NCBI RefSeq assembly: GCF_009914755.1
Contig: NC_060937.1
DNA from: the human T2T-CHM13v2.0 reference genome, Homo sapiens
Direction: 5' to 3' (one strand)
DNA: 64,000 bases
Shown here: positions 41,071-58,742 of the stretch, one piece after another
Position numbering within the stretch: position 1 is the stretch's first letter
How the letters are laid out: each line of letters begins with the position of its first letter
Program-made: the position numbers and the translations under genes
The notes under the pieces: generated by a model
What the model was told of the DNA's origin: nothing
Seen by the model: only the letters and a program-made list of their open reading frames with translations
The model's database searches: none

Positions 41071-44018
41071 TAAAAAGATTTTTAAACAAGACAAAATTGT
41101 TACTGCTATTAAATGTATCTGGTAACTGATTCCAATAGTATTTCAATTAATGCTTTGGAACAATAAGCATTTTTAGTGCTTTTGAGAGTGTGAAGAAAGG
41201 GAGAGTGAAGAGTGACTTGCTGCAGGGCTGCTGCCTGGAGACCCAGTGATCTGTGGGAGTAACACAGTTCCGACTTCTGCACTCTGGAAAGCAGGAGTCA
41301 GTTTCAGATGTAGGCAATTTACATTTATAGACCAGGTCAAGCAAATTGGACAGTTTAAGTGAGCACTGAATGAATGGGAACATAAATATGTTGGGGCCTA
41401 TAAATGGTCATATTTATGGAGTGCAGTAAAATCCGTATCTCTCCCCACTTGGAGAAATCTCGCCAACTGGATTGAAAGCAGTGGTCACGATACTGAGTGC
41501 TGAAACCACAGGAGAGGCAAACTCTGCTCTTGATATTGAACTTCCCAACGTCTGTTGTACTATTTCAGATGCACTTGAATATTCACTATCCCATGGTAGA
41601 GAATGGGTAATAGGTGCTAAGAAATGTCAAAAACAACAAAACACAAATAAACAAAGAAACAAAACGCCCCAAACCAAAAAGCAAACCACTTCCTTTTGAA
41701 CTCATTCATAAATCTCCAAAATCTATACCAGACTGCCAAACTCAGCCTAATTTTTGAGAAAATATACTCCATATGTCATTTGATAGGAAGAGAAAGATTA
41801 AGCCAACTCCAAGTAATAAAAAATGGGTAACCAGTCCCACGGCACAGCACTCACTGCTGTTTTATTCATTACGGTGGGTCCTGTTTGGTAGTCTTAGAAG
41901 CGAAACTGAAGATTGGAGCTTGGTTTACTTTACAATCCAAGTGTTGGAATACATTTAGCCTTCCAATTACAGGAAGCACAGTCCTCCAGTTGTTGAACTC
42001 TAGTGTGAGCTAGCATTGTGGTGTCTGAGTCATGAGTAGGGAGCAAGCTCACTAAGCCAGAAGTCTTTCTAAAAGATGACTAGAGAAATCCAAGAGCAGA
42101 TCGTCTCCGCCTGTTTGTGTGTCATGGTAAGAAAACACTACCTCCCTACGGAAATATTCTGACATTGTTGCTTTGTCTCCAACTCACTGGAGATTCCAAG
42201 ATTCCAAGAATAAAGAAAAGTTGGGATTCTGATCATTGATGTGTATCAAATTTTCACACTCCCTTAATTAATTTCGCCATGAGCTATTGATCTCAGCAAA
42301 CTTCAACACTGATTGTTTTCCCCCCACTAAGAAGTAGGTTAAGGGCAGTTTAAGTGCTCTAGTTTTTACTGAGTGATAAAATCATGCTATGCCTAATTGA
42401 CTAAAATGAATTAGAAACTCTGTTTTTTGTTTTTTTTTTACTTTTTATATGCAAGTAATTTCAAAATAGAGAAAAAAGTTGCGAAAATTAAGAATAGTAC
42501 GAAAGAACCACTGATTGTTAAGATTCTGGGTGATCCATTTTATGTCCACATGGTGACTCGCAAAATTGAATTAACCCTGCTCCTTCTGATTTGGGGCTAT
42601 CTGTCATATAGACTTGTAGACAAAAGCACCATCATTACTAGTTTTACATTGTTTGGTATGACAGAACCCAAACCATTCTCTTGCACTGGTCATTGATTTT
42701 TCCCTGTTTTCAACAAATTATTAAATCTAAATCCTATGCTTAGTGAAATACTATTTGGGCAGCCCACTGCTAGCAGCTTGGCTGACTTCACACATATTAT
42801 GAGGCTGAACTTTGGGCCTAAGTGCTAAACTGAATACAATTTTAGGTCTTTCCATTCAGAGAAAAATACATGAACACCATAACGGGCCTAAGATTTCCTG
42901 GCTTTGGCTCTTGCACTCCATCTTCTGGCCAAAAGTTGGTCTTGAGAGGTTTAAACTGAATACACCCATTGTTACAATCAGTTACATAACATAGAGCCGT
43001 TGGAGCATTAGATTGATTTCAGCAAAAGAAATGCATGAATGTTATACCCATGAAAATGTACTACCTCCATAGAAAAAAGCAATTTACAGGATCAGAAGGA
43101 AGATGACTACAAAGCGAAAATGACATCCTGTGCTTTCCTGGAATGCCGATCTGTGATGCCCACATCAGGAGTATGCAGGCCAAGGTTTTATGGCCAGGTG
43201 ACACAGGCAGAGAAGAAAGAGGTGGGGGGAACACTGGGGGGCAGGTGGGGGTGGGGTTAGGCACAGGGAGCCATGGTCTGATTATTGCGATTTTACTTTA
43301 CATTTTAGGTAACTTTTCTCCAAGTCACCAGCTCTGAGATCTACGCATCTTGAAGACAAGAACTGAGTTCAGTTCATCTTCGTATCATCCACAGACCACA
43401 CAGTTTCTTGTTGAATGAGTGAATTAAGAATGAGCCACTAATGTATTCACTTTTTAAAAAAAAATGTGCAGCCATGCTATTTAAACTAATCTGACACACA
43501 AATATTAAATTTAGAAATGTATCTAGAAATATGTCTATGTAGTCACATTTTTCTATTTGCTCCTGAGATGGAACCTATTTGTGGAAACAAATGATCTATT
43601 TAGATTTCTAATTATTCTAGACCTGGAGGGGGCTATAATGAGTACATGGTTTAAATCCAAAATTAACAGTTATCTTTTTAGTTTTTAAAAATCATCATAA
43701 ACAATTCTACAGATCCTATCTATAGATTCCATATACTTTGGCCTCTTCTGGGTTTAACAATATTTGCAACATACTCTTAAAAGAGGTGAAATAATTGTCA
43801 TGATGCCATGGTAGTGACTGTCTCAACAGTGAGAAACATGAAGGTTTTGGATAACTGAAGCAACAACGCATGGAGACAGGTTTCTACACAACATCAAGTT
43901 TAAATCTCCCAGGGACTAGGATCCTTTTTGCATAGATATTCCCTGTCCTTAACCTCATCTGTACTTTGACTCAAGAAGCTTTGCTGATAAGTTTCACTGA
44001 GGGTTAAAATACAATGCA

Positions 44019-44531
<513 letters not shown>

Positions 44532-44660
44532 TTATGTCACCCCTGAACTTGCATCAGATCAATGGTCATCTACTTGCATAGGTTACCAGTGTATCTAATC
44601 ATTATAAGAACATCACTGATACAAAGATGGTGTGACATTTTAATTTGTTGTTAATATTAT

Positions 44661-45230
<570 letters not shown>

Positions 45231-45232
<2 letters not shown>

Positions 45233-45524
45233 TTTTTTTTTTTGAGGCGGACTCTCGCTCTGTCACCCAGGCTGTAGTGCAGTGGCGCGATCTCAGCTCA
45301 CTGCAAGCTCCACCTCCTGAGTTCACGCCATTCTCCTGCCTCAGCCTTCCGAGTAGCTGGGACTACCAGCACCCGCCACCACGCCCGGCTAATTTTTTGT
45401 ATTTTTAGTGGAGACAGGATTTCACCGTATTAGCCAGGATGGTCTCCATCTCCTGACCTCCTGATCTGCCCGCCTGGGCTTCCCAAAGTGCTGGGATTAC
45501 AGGCGTGAGCTACCGCGCCCGGCC
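45231..45524 (-). mobile_element. AluY
   Basis: Diagnostic gcaagctcc, gttcacgccattctcc and ttagccaggatggtctc; TSD gaattcatactt. Confidence 0.93.
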
Positions 45525-45540
45525 GAATTCATACTTCTTA

Positions 45541-45973
<433 letters not shown>

Positions 45974-46267
45974 TCACAAGGAGGAAAAACTCCCAAATCA
46001 TTCTACGACAAAGTATGTTATACATCATCTTTGATTCAGATATAATAAAGACTAAAGGGAGAAACATAGAATATTTATATTAAAATGAGCCACTCAAACA
46101 TCTTGTTTCTCCAACAATCACAGGTGAAAATGGGCTTTATTTATATGTTCATTAGGCAGCTGACAGAGAAGAAATCTTACTGACAGTGAAGAAATTATTG
46201 TATCTTCCCCATCATGTCAAACTTACAACATTTAACTGATACAACTTTAATGATAAAAACATGTTAA

Positions 46268-46790
46268 TGTGGCAGGTTGAATGCAAGAATGGCTCGAATG
46301 CTCTACCCCTGCACATATTCAGACTCTTGAAATGTGACTTTGGAGCCCCTCCCGCCGAGAAGTGGAGTCTATTTCCCCACACTTAGAATCTGGGCAGCGT
46401 TGTGATTTACTTTACCTAACAGAATGCAGCAGAAGTGACCGTTCTGAATTCAGTTCTCAGGAGGCCTTGCAAGCTTCCATTCCCACCCTTAGAACCCTCT
46501 CATGTCATGAGGGCAAGCGCAGTTCTCTACTGGAAGATGAGAGACCGCGTAGAGCAGAGACAGGTGGTCTAAGCTGATAACAGCCTGTACCAGGCAGCCC
46601 TCCACCCACGTGGCAAGTGGCTGCAGCCACAGGAGCTGAGTCAGCCCGGCTGAGACCCTACAGGTCTGGCCCAGGTCAGTAGCACCACCCAACTGACCTA
46701 GAGAGTGGTGAAGAATAGATGTTTTGTTAAATACAACTGAAGGTTTATGGTTACTGGTTACATAGCATTGTTATGACAAAAATAATGATA
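46268..46790 (+). mobile_element. MLT1F/G-like MaLR LTR
   Basis: gaaatgtgactttg..gtggagtctatttcccc..gaatctgggc..aacagaatgcagcagaagtgac. Confidence 0.7.
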
Positions 46791-46804
46791 TAGTTAATGA
46801 TTAC

Positions 46805-47110
<306 letters not shown>

Positions 47111-47385
47111 TAATAAGAATATCAGGTTTATCCTTTTATTCCAGAAATCCATGTTATGATGGTAATATCTGGCTTTGTCCTCAGTAACTTTTACACTTAG
47201 CCATTTAGAATTCAGCCAAAGTATGGATTTGGTGCATCTCTAAGAGGTAATAATTGTTATTTTCAACTTAAAAATAATTTTTAAAAATCACACGTGCAAC
47301 CGAGGCTCATGAGGGTTTCTCAGACCCAAGTTCTAGTCTATCTCACTCCAGAGCTGTGTTCTTAACCACTAAGGTACATCCTTCT

Positions 47386-47678
47386 GAGGCAGCTCACACC
47401 TGTAATCCAAGCACTTTAAGAGGCTGAAAAGGGAGGATCACTTGAACCCAGGAGTTCAAGACCAGCCTGGGCAACATAGTGAGGCCTGGTCTCTACAGAA
47501 AATTTAAAAATTAGCCAGGCAGGGTGTTGCATACTTGTAGTCTCAGCTACTCAGGAGGCTAAGGTGGGAGGATCACTTGAGCCCAGGAGTTTGAGGTTGC
47601 AGTGAGCTGTGATCACGCTATGCACTTCAGCCTGGATGACAGAGCAAGATGCTATCTTTAAACAAACAAACAAAACAA
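47386..47678 (+). mobile_element. Alu (AluJ-like)
   Basis: Forward dimer with (AAAC)n tail. Confidence 0.92.
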
Positions 47679-47747
47679 CCCCAGCTACATCAGGAATGAG
47701 CTCTAGCAAGAATGGAGAAGTCATTCTATGGCATGATAGATGATTTA

Positions 47748-48158
<411 letters not shown>

Positions 48159-48266
48159 TTATAATCCCATCACGTACTGGCACACAGACACTCAATAAAA
48201 GCTTATTGAATTGATGAAACATGTTTCAGTGAAAAATATTTTGCAGCTTAAAGAAAAATCTCTTAC

Positions 48267-48431
48267 TTTTTCTTTTTTTGAGTCAGAGACTTGCTCTGTC
48301 ACCCTGAGTGGAGTGCAGTGGCACAATCATGGCTCACTGCAACCTTGAACTCCTAAATTCAAGTGATTTTCCCACCTCAGCCTCCCAAGTAGCTGGGGCT
48401 ACAGGTGTGAGCCACCACACCCAGCTGATTT

Positions 48432-48462
<31 letters not shown>

Positions 48463-48582
48463 TTTTGTAGAGACAGGATCTTGTTATGCTGCCCAGGTTG
48501 ATCTGGAACTCCTGGGCTCAAGTGATTCTCCCTTGGCCTTCCGAAGTGCTGGGATTACAGGCGTGAGCCACTGTGCCTGGCC
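48267..48582 (-). mobile_element. Alu (AluJ-like) with a (TTTA)n expansion in the linker
   Basis: Reverse dimer. Confidence 0.92.
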
Positions 48583-48830
48583 TCTTAAAGTTATGATTTT
48601 ACAATACAGTCCTTTCTGTTACTCTCCTGATGTAGTTACTCTAAAATTAGAGCAATAATGTGACCACATGGGTCTAAGTGTTCACCCTCCTTAGATTGAA
48701 CTAAACTGCCATTTGAGGGGAAGTTGTTGGGGAATCAAGCAGTGTGTTTGTAAGATTGGCACAAAGGAAGCCAAGTAGCCTGTGAGTAAAGATGCCAGTG
48801 ATAGAAAGCAAACGGATGAGGTAGATAAGA

Positions 48831-49325
48831 TCAGTGGCTCCCAAGGTCATTTTAGGACCAGCAACATCAGCATCACCTGGGAACCTGTTAAAGGCAGATT
48901 CTCGGGCTTCACTCTGGCCTGCGGAATCAGAACTTGAGTCAGTCTCAGCTATCTGGGCTCTAACACACAGATTTTTGTTTTTTGTTTTTTTGAGACACAG
49001 TCTTGCTCTGTTACCCAGGATGGAGTGCAGTGACGTGATCTCGGCTCACTGCAGCCTCCACCTCCTGGGCTCAAGTGATCTTCCCGCCTCAGCCTCTTGA
49101 GTAGCTAGGACTACAGGGGCATGCCTCCACGCCCAGCTAATTTTTGTATTTTTTGTAGAGACGAGGTATCGCCGTGTTGCCCAGGCTGGTCTTGAACCCC
49201 TGAGCTCAAGTGATCTGCCCACTTTTGCCTTTCAAAGTGCTGGGATTATAGGCATGAGCCACCACGTCCAGCCTCTAACATACCCTCTCTGATTCTGATC
49301 CTGCTGAAGCCTGAGCACCACCAGG
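48831..49325 (+). mobile_element. MER5A-like DNA transposon split by a reverse Alu (48971-49273)
   Basis: cagtggctcccaagg..ggaccagcaacatcagcatcacctgggaacctgtta..gcagattctcgggc..gaatcagaa, resuming at taaca..ccctc..tgattctgat. Confidence 0.75.
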
Positions 49326-50369
49326 CGAGAGAACAGTGTCATTCCAAAGGAGGGTTTCCTTCTTCCTACGCTTTAAGTTTGTGTCTTACTCTCAGTCCAG
49401 AAAGGTGGAACCAGGTAGCTCTTACCTTCCTAGTTCTCTGCTCCCAGAGGTTCCTGCAGAAGTTGGAATTTCCTTGTTCTGTGGCTCAGTTTGTTAAAAA
49501 TGAAAGTGTGTGGGAGAAAAAGGTTAGGAGAAGGTAGCTAGTGATTGCCCGTGGCCTGCCCGTGGCCGTGGCCTCCTGCCGCCACCTCACTTTCCTCTGG
49601 TTTCCGGGGTGGGTCAGCAGCCTCCCCTCTCCTTCAGCGGAATCCTCTGGCTGCTCTGAGGAGGTCGAAGCACCTTGTATGTCATGTGAAAAATATTTCC
49701 AAGCAAAGTGCTTTGCCTCCAGCTGCAAAATTGATTAGTGGCTTAAAATCCCCAAAGAGTGTCTACCATCAGCTGGAGTTGCTATTTTAAACCTGGACAA
49801 AAAAGAGTGTGTGAGAGGGGAAGGGATTGTGTATTATGTACAGGAAAAAAAAACAGTTTTAAAATATTCTTTTCCTCCGAATTGGGAAATGGCACACACA
49901 GGGGAAGAAATGTATGAGGAAATGCAATATTATTTTACTTCCTATATTAGAATTTTTTGGTCCAATAGCCTAAAATTTAGTTAATTGTAATAAAACTCCT
50001 TCTGAAATTGGAATCAAGAAATTTAGCTTTTGGGGATTTAAGGGATTGTGGAATTAGATGAAAAAGAAGCTGAAATGCAGACTCTGGGGAAGGTGCGTTC
50101 CTTGTTGACCGCTTGCCTGGGTGAACTGTCTGATTACATTCAGAAACGCTCCATGCAATACCGCATGGAAATCAAAAATGCCTTTTACCACAGACACGGC
50201 AGATTCCAATTATTCCTCAGATCGGAATTTTTTTCCCCTCCAAGTTCATTGTTCTCCATAAAAATGAGTTTCAAATGTCCATTTAAAACCTGCCAATCAT
50301 TCACTGCCTGAGGACACTAAGCCTGCAGAAAAGTTTGTCCATGGATCATCCCATTAATGTTGCCATAAC

Positions 50370-51345
<976 letters not shown>

Positions 51346-53197
51346 TAGCCATAATTTTATTTACTCTGCAAACATTTATTGAGCACTTACTAGGTGTTAA
51401 ACTAACACAGAATATAAAAGTAAGAAGATACTTAACCTATAGGAAGGAAACAAATGTGATAAAGAATGAATTAAATAAGACGTAGTGAGTGCTTTGGTGA
51501 ATCTTGTTCAACCTGGGCATAGAGGAGGGGGCAGTGAAGAAACCCCCCCTGAAAAGGAGACTCCCAAGCTAGGTGAAGAAGAGGGAGAGGGGGTTTAAAG
51601 CAAGAGGAGGGGACTCTGCAAAGACAGATCAGTCTGAAAATCCAAAGGACTGAGAAGTCCTCCTGACTGGCAGGCCACACCTGGAGAGCGGCTGCAGAAT
51701 GGAGCTGGGAAGAGCATTCAGCTGTTGCTAACATCGTCTGCCAAGGTCAAACTCTAGAAGATAACTCCATTGGGAGTTTGCAGATGGCCTGGATAGGTTG
51801 GATGGAGGGCAGACAGACCAGACAGAGACTACAGGAGAAGCAAACTGAATATTTTCATTTGTCTCCAATTAGTTACATCATAAACTCTCATCTTCCCAAA
51901 CCACAGCTGACACTTCCCCAACCAAAATAGGCCAGAATTCCTGCAGGATAAAATTCACTGTTATAAGATCAGTGACTATTTGCAAAATGGAACAAACAAA
52001 TCAACAAAAGACTTCTTTTGAAATTTCCAATATTATTAAAGGAAAAACAGAAATAATGTTTTAAGTTGTTACGTGTGTTTAAAAAATGTTAAAAAGGTTA
52101 AAAATGTTATACGTTATATGTGTTTTTAAAATGTTGAATGCTACTGAAGCACCTTTGCAATGCGCCCTAATATTCTGAAGTAGAAGGATGCTCGGCCACT
52201 GTTTTGGGAGCAAGTTATGAGGAACAGAAAACTACTAGTCTTTTGGCCCAGATGTTTTATTATCGGCTAATGCATAGATTCTTACACAGTGCAGGGGGAA
52301 AAAATCAAGGTTTGTGATAGAAAAATACATAAAATTGAAAAAAACAAACAGATGTCATGGGTGGAAAAGCTGCAAGGATCGCATTGGAAGCAAGTGTGCG
52401 CTGCCTTCACAAGCTCGGGGACAGGACTGAGAACGGGAGAAATGTCTCTCATGCCCCCTGCTGTCTACTGGCCTGACCTGCAGCATCCAGAGATTTTTCA
52501 ATCATTTTAGAGAAAATCCTGTCGATTTTTCCTTTAACCCAGAACAATTTACATCACAGTGAATTTTAATTCATCATCCTTATTTACGAAAGCTTCCTCC
52601 TCCTTTTTTATTATTATAACAATAAATATTTAAGCGCGGTAGGCAGAGGCCTGGTGCTTGCTGATGGCTGTGTGCATGGAATTCACTCTGGCTGCAATGT
52701 GGGGGCTAATTAAGGATGCCAAGAGGAGCTCGAGGACGTGATGAGGTGCCTGCTACCCGTGAATAAACGCGGGAGGTCTTCTGAAATAATTACTGAGAGG
52801 ACAGGGACCAAGGCTGCGTGTGTATACACTGCAGTAGAGTGTGGGAAAGAGAAGACCAGTGCTGAGCAGAGACCATAGCCAAAGAGGAAAACCGTGAGGA
52901 CAGGAGGAGAACCAGAGGTGGGCACTTGGCGGGAAGCCCTTGTGTACACTGGACCATGGGAGGAAGAAGAATCTGACTACACCCGGAATTCAGTGTTGCT
53001 CCATCTAGTTTAGATGTAAGACACACAGTAGAGTAAGCATCTCTCAGTAAACAAACGAGAGGCCATTAAGAAAAGAAAAGAAATCCCATTTTAGAGAAGC
53101 AATAGAATAATGTGGTCAAACTAGTGAAGAAAATGGTTTACCTATATCTGCTCTTCCAGTTGTACTAGCAGCTTCTAAAATTTGATGTTCAAAATTC

Positions 53198-53522
53198 TTT
53201 TTTTTCTTTTTCTTTTTCTTTTTTTTTTTTGCGACGGAGTCTCGCTCTGTGGCCCAGGCTGGAGTGCAGTGGCGCGATCTCGGCTCACTGCAAGCTCCGC
53301 CTCCCGAGTTCACGCCATTCTCCTGCCTCAGCCTCCTGAGTAGCTGGGACTACAGGCGCCCATCACCACGCCCGGCTATTTTTGTTTTTGTTTTTTGTAT
53401 TTTTAGTAGAGACGGGGTTTCACCGTGTTAGCAAGGATACTCTCTATCTCCTGACCTCGTGATCCGCCCGCCTCAGCCTCCCAAAGTGCTAGGATTACAG
53501 GCATGAGCCACTGTGCCCGGCC
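53198..53522 (-). mobile_element. AluY
   Basis: gcaagctccgcctcccgagttcacgccattctcc; CpG-rich. Confidence 0.93.
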
Positions 53523-53991
53523 TGATTCTTTTAGATCTAAGAACATGAAAAAACTTAAAACCCACACCACAGACTTTGAGGAACTATGTTTCCCGCATGT
53601 GGTTTTGGTGGGAAGAGGAAATAGAACCACCACAACTCAATGAATCTATTTATTCACCTGTTCCTTGGAAGCCCAATCTCCTCCACCTCCTTAGCCTTGA
53701 GACCAAACCCCCAGCACCGTGCCCGCTGCACATGAGATCTCAGTAAATGTTTGTTTATAGGATTTGAAGTGACCAAGGTAAAATGACGCAAGGAGGTCTC
53801 ACAGACACAGAACAATGATCACTATTGTATCATGAAATACTCCACAACTCTTTTGTCAGTAGGTTGGATATTTTTGTGAAGCAACTCCTCATGTGCTGAT
53901 ATTTATCCACCCTTCTACCATATTTCCTCAAGAGTACCTTATTGTCAGTCTCCACCCACTCCCTCTTCCCCTCAATGAAAAAGTATTCCTG

Positions 53992-54300
53992 GGCCGGGCG
54001 CAGTTGCTCACGATTGTAATCCTAGCACTTTGAGAGGCTGAAGTGGGTGGATCACCTGAAGTCAGGAGTTCAAGACCAGCCTGGTCAACATAGTGAAGCC
54101 TCATCTCTACTAAAAATACAAAAATTAGCCGGATATGGTGCTGCACGCCTGTAGTCCCAGCTACTCAGGAGGCTGAGGCAGGAGAATCTCTTCAACCTGG
54201 GAGGCAGAGGTTGCAGTGAGCTGAGATTGCACTACTGCACTTCAGCCCGGGGGAAGAGTGAAACTCCATCTAAAAAAAAAAAATAAGAATAAATAAATAA
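53992..54300 (+). mobile_element. Alu (AluS-like)
   Basis: Forward dimer. Confidence 0.95.
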
Positions 54301-55250
54301 ATATTATTTCCATCAGAAAGCCACCTGTTCATTCTTTCCTACACTGAATTATTATAATCACAAAGGCGCTACTTTTCAGAGCACAATTAGTGTGGCTGCT
54401 CAAAAACATCATAAGGCATAACAGCTAACAAAACTTATCTTACTAATAAAATTGCAAGATAATTCAATTGTATTCAAAGGAAATAGAAACACTTTTTATT
54501 GACTAACACCCCTGGTTTGACTTAAGTGAATCCAAAGCAGTGGGAAGAATGGAAGCAGGTTTAAGTCCACAGCTTCCCGTGCTTCGTGCTTTCACGGTCC
54601 AGGGATAATATTTTCAAAACACAGCGTCTCTGACCTTTTGAGATGCCGCAGATGAACATGACAGTCACGCCTTACTTTTTCCCAAGAATTAAAAGAATGT
54701 GAACTATGCCTGGTAAAACAATCTTCGGCTATATCCACTGAATGAACCCAGGAACACGGTGTGTCATCGGGAGAGGGCAGCACACTCCCCCTGGCCACGT
54801 CCAGAAGCTGGTTTCCCTTTGAGTCGGCTGAAGAGCTTCCCGAGGCCTCACTCCACCCTAAAAAGCCCAGAGTTACCAGCGTGGGCGGCCGTGAACTGAA
54901 ACCGGGTGACTTCCCAAAAATCAAGGCTGACTCCTCACACAAATTTCAGGACCACCCTGGACCTTAAAATAAACAAACAAACAAAAACCATATAGCGAGT
55001 TCTCTTTTCTGGGACCTGGAGTGGTCCTGGCTCCCACCCGCATAGAAAAGATGATTCCTTGGTTTGAAAACGCCATGAGGCTTTAGGGGCAGGTGGCTTT
55101 CTTGGTTCTGCAGAAGCAAAATCCTTGAGAAGTGACTTATCCAGGGGTATCTTAATTTTTGTTTTTATTTTTCTAAGTATTAGATGTGGCTGGTCTTTCT
55201 GGGCGTAGTTCCATAAAAGTCATCTTTAGGATAACCTGACAAATCCTGAC

Positions 55251-55391
55251 TTGGGCAGGGGCAGTGCACACACCTACAGTCCCAGCTACTCAGTAGGCAG
55301 GAGGCTGAGGCAGAATATTTCTTAAGCGTGGGGTTTGAAACAGCCTGGGCAACATAGTGACACCTCATCTGAGATTAATTAATTAAAAAAA
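55251..55391 (+). mobile_element. Alu monomer (FLAM/FAM-like)
   Basis: Single diverged arm. Confidence 0.8.
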
Positions 55392-56193
55392 ATACTGACA
55401 TGAGGGGTAAAAAGCCACATTCAGGAAAAGCCTGATCTTGGTGTGTAATCGCGTATTTCCTAGTGAAGATGCATTTTATTCTGCCTAAGCTGGGGATCAG
55501 CAGTGGACCACGTGCAGAAGTCAGCAGAGTGGAGGAAACACCCGAAGCCGCATGTGGCCGGTGGCTGGCCTGTATTGAGAGGAAAATGATGGACCATGGG
55601 TTCCATCTAGTGTCCTTGGTTTTCTTGGGAAAACCAAAGAGCAAACAGAAAGTCTGAGCAAATAGCTTTGAGAAATGTAGGCAGGCAAGAGACTGCAGAC
55701 ACATTACCTTTAGAAAGTTCCATCCCAAGAGGGAGCCTTAAAAAATAAAAGTCTTCCTGAGCAGAAAAGACACTTTAGCAAGGAGTTTTGGAGCAGGAAG
55801 TTTTCCCAAATGATTTACCTAGGGTGGTCCATGGTTGGGTTAGTTTTTGTTTTTGTTAGTTTTAGGAAATCTTTTCTCAAGGAGCCTCCTGGCTGGGGAC
55901 AGGGAATTTTTCTGGGAATTGACAAGACTCTGTAAAAACAAATTGTGTATCTATTCCCTGACCTGACTGTAACCTATATGAGCTCAGGCAACAGGTTTTT
56001 GTTTCCTGCTGTCACCCCAGGGCCCAGCAAAATGTGTGGCAGAGTGACTGCACAGGAAATATTTATTACAATACACATGCAGATTAAAGTATTGACGAAT
56101 CATATCATACACCTGACATGACTGAAAATTGCTCAAGTGAGCCACGTATCAGCTGAAGGCACTCTATGTGCTGACATTAAATTCACATTAACT

Positions 56194-56479
<286 letters not shown>

Positions 56480-57924
56480 TTAATTCAACTGCCTCCCATT
56501 CTCCCACTCCCCACACATCCTTCTGGGAGCTCAGCCCTTTTAGAGATTTCAGTGAGTTGCTGTTGGTGACCCTGCAGACGTTCCCTTTTCACTCAGAGTC
56601 ATTCTGTATGTGCTGAACCCAGAATAGAACCCAGGCATTTTCCCCAGATTTCCCAAACGCTATTAAGGTGGCAGTGTGTTTTAGACATTAACTGAAGACT
56701 TGGGGGTTAATACTGGGGTTGTGTTATCATACAAATAGCAAGTATCCTAAGACCCCTGGAGATTCAGGCCTTGGTTTCCTTCTCTTCTTTCTCTCAACTC
56801 TCCTGAGCCAGCTCATGCAGCCTCCCATAGACCAATGACTGAGAGCTCTGCCTGCAGCCCCTTCTCTGCGCTCTCCATCTGTGCGCTCAGCTGCTCCCCT
56901 TACATCTCCATGTGGATGTTGCACAGGCTCCTCAGTCTTACTTACTTGACAAAACCTGGAACAGTAGAAAGGAAGCTCCTGCTGCAACGTGCTCAGACCC
57001 CAGCAGGCTGCTGCACTGCATGATGTTGCGATAGGACAAGGATTTTACTAAGCAGTGATGAGGGGCGACTCTCTTTTCAATGTATTCTGTCATTTCTTGG
57101 CTTCTGCTTGGTTCACTTCATACACGTCGTTTCACAGCATTTCCCAAGCATATTTCTCTACTGCCAACCTATTCTTCTCTGAACTTATAGAGGGGTGATA
57201 ATGTTGGTTAGGTTTCTTGTCTTTGTTAATACATAAACAAAAGTCACGTACTGGAGGAGCTGCCAATAATGATCATGGCCACTAGTGCATGGGACACCTT
57301 CTCCTTAAGCTGCAGATAATTCTGGTGCTGGGTACACTGGCATGGTGGGCCCTTGAGGGTTCTGTATTCTCTTCCAGGCTTTCCCTCTCTATTCTTGTCA
57401 TGCAATTTTATGATGCTCCGGACACATTTCAAGTGCGTCTTAGCCACCTTTTGAGAGTGTTACCACCTCCTGCCCCTTTCTCTAAGAGAGGAAACTACTT
57501 TGCCACTGACAGCCATTTATCACGTGATCTGGAGTTCTCCAGAAGTGTTTAAACATGTGATGTGAACTAGAGTAACTACGTATTATCCGGTTCATATTAC
57601 CAATGGCTTATGTGTTCATGTTAGAATTAGGTCTTGGGTAAAAACTAGAAATAAATTGTAAAAACGCACTGATGTTTTTTATAGCGCCAGTGTAGATCAA
57701 CCTGTGATCTTTCAAAATATGAACTGACTTAAATAACTGCCTAACATTGATAGGGTGAAATTACTTCTCCCTCAAAGTTTAGGTGGTTTTCTGTTTGTAT
57801 GTTTGCTTTTTGCATGCTCTAATGTTTAATGTTTTTGAGGGCAAAAGTTTTAAAGGTTTGAAAATGATAAATGCTAGCATTTCAAATATGGTAATCTGGT
57901 ACTATTTTTAAAGTAATTTATGTT

Positions 57925-58460
57925 AGGTAAATTGGGATGACTTCAGCTGCAATGAACAGAAGCCCCTGACTTAACTGGCTTAAATAATAAGACAACTTAT
58001 TATTAAGGGTGGCCCAATTGCTGATTGAGACAGCCGCTCAAATATATCACTGCAGGGACCCAGTTTTCCCCACCGCTCTGTTTCACCATTCTGAGCGCTG
58101 GCCTTGCCTCCACCCAGGCTGGCTCCTTTTGTGCTCACGTGATTGCTGCAGCGGTTCCAGGTATCACATCTAGGTACAGAAACATCCAGAAGCAGAAAGA
58201 GGCCACCGCTCCTGGTCTCCTTCTTCATAGGAAAACAATCTCTCCTATAAGCTTTTCTGCAGGACTCCCCTCTAATCTCATTGGCCAGAATGAAGTCACA
58301 TGCCCACTTCTAAGCTAATCACAGATGCAGAAAGAGAACCGTCATAATTGGCTTAAACCAAAAAAGGGACTTATTTTGAGTTGACTAATGTGAAGAAAGT
58401 ATGGCTACCTGAACCGTCTTTCTGTTAACAAGCAAGTAGAGAAGAATTGTTGGTAGTGAA
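57925..58460 (-). mobile_element. Old MLT1 (K/L-like) LTR remnant
   Basis: ttcagctgcaatgaacaga..actggcttaaataa, ttgctgcagcggttccaggtatcacatc and tctcattggccagaa..gtcacatgcccac. Confidence 0.6.
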
Positions 58461-58742
58461 CCAACAATGCTTGCCATGTTACAGAAATATATTAAATATA
58501 CAGTAATATATTAAATATATTACTGTAATGTAATATGTTAAAAACAGTAATATATTAAATATACTGTAATGTAATGTGTTACAATACAGTTACATATATA
58601 TATAACCATGTATGTCATGAAATAGGCATTGCAACACTGATGGAATATATTAAATAATTTTTAAATAATGTTTGTTTTCCTTCATGTTATCTGATTAATA
58701 ATTTTCTGAGCTTCAAGTTTAAGTGCTTTAAAATTTATTGTT

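Noticed and set aside
58485-58605. AT-rich quasi-repeat with self-complementary segments (acagtaatatattaaatat..tactgtaatgtaat)
   Set aside because: Low-complexity degenerate tandem duplication with no evidence of an RNA gene.
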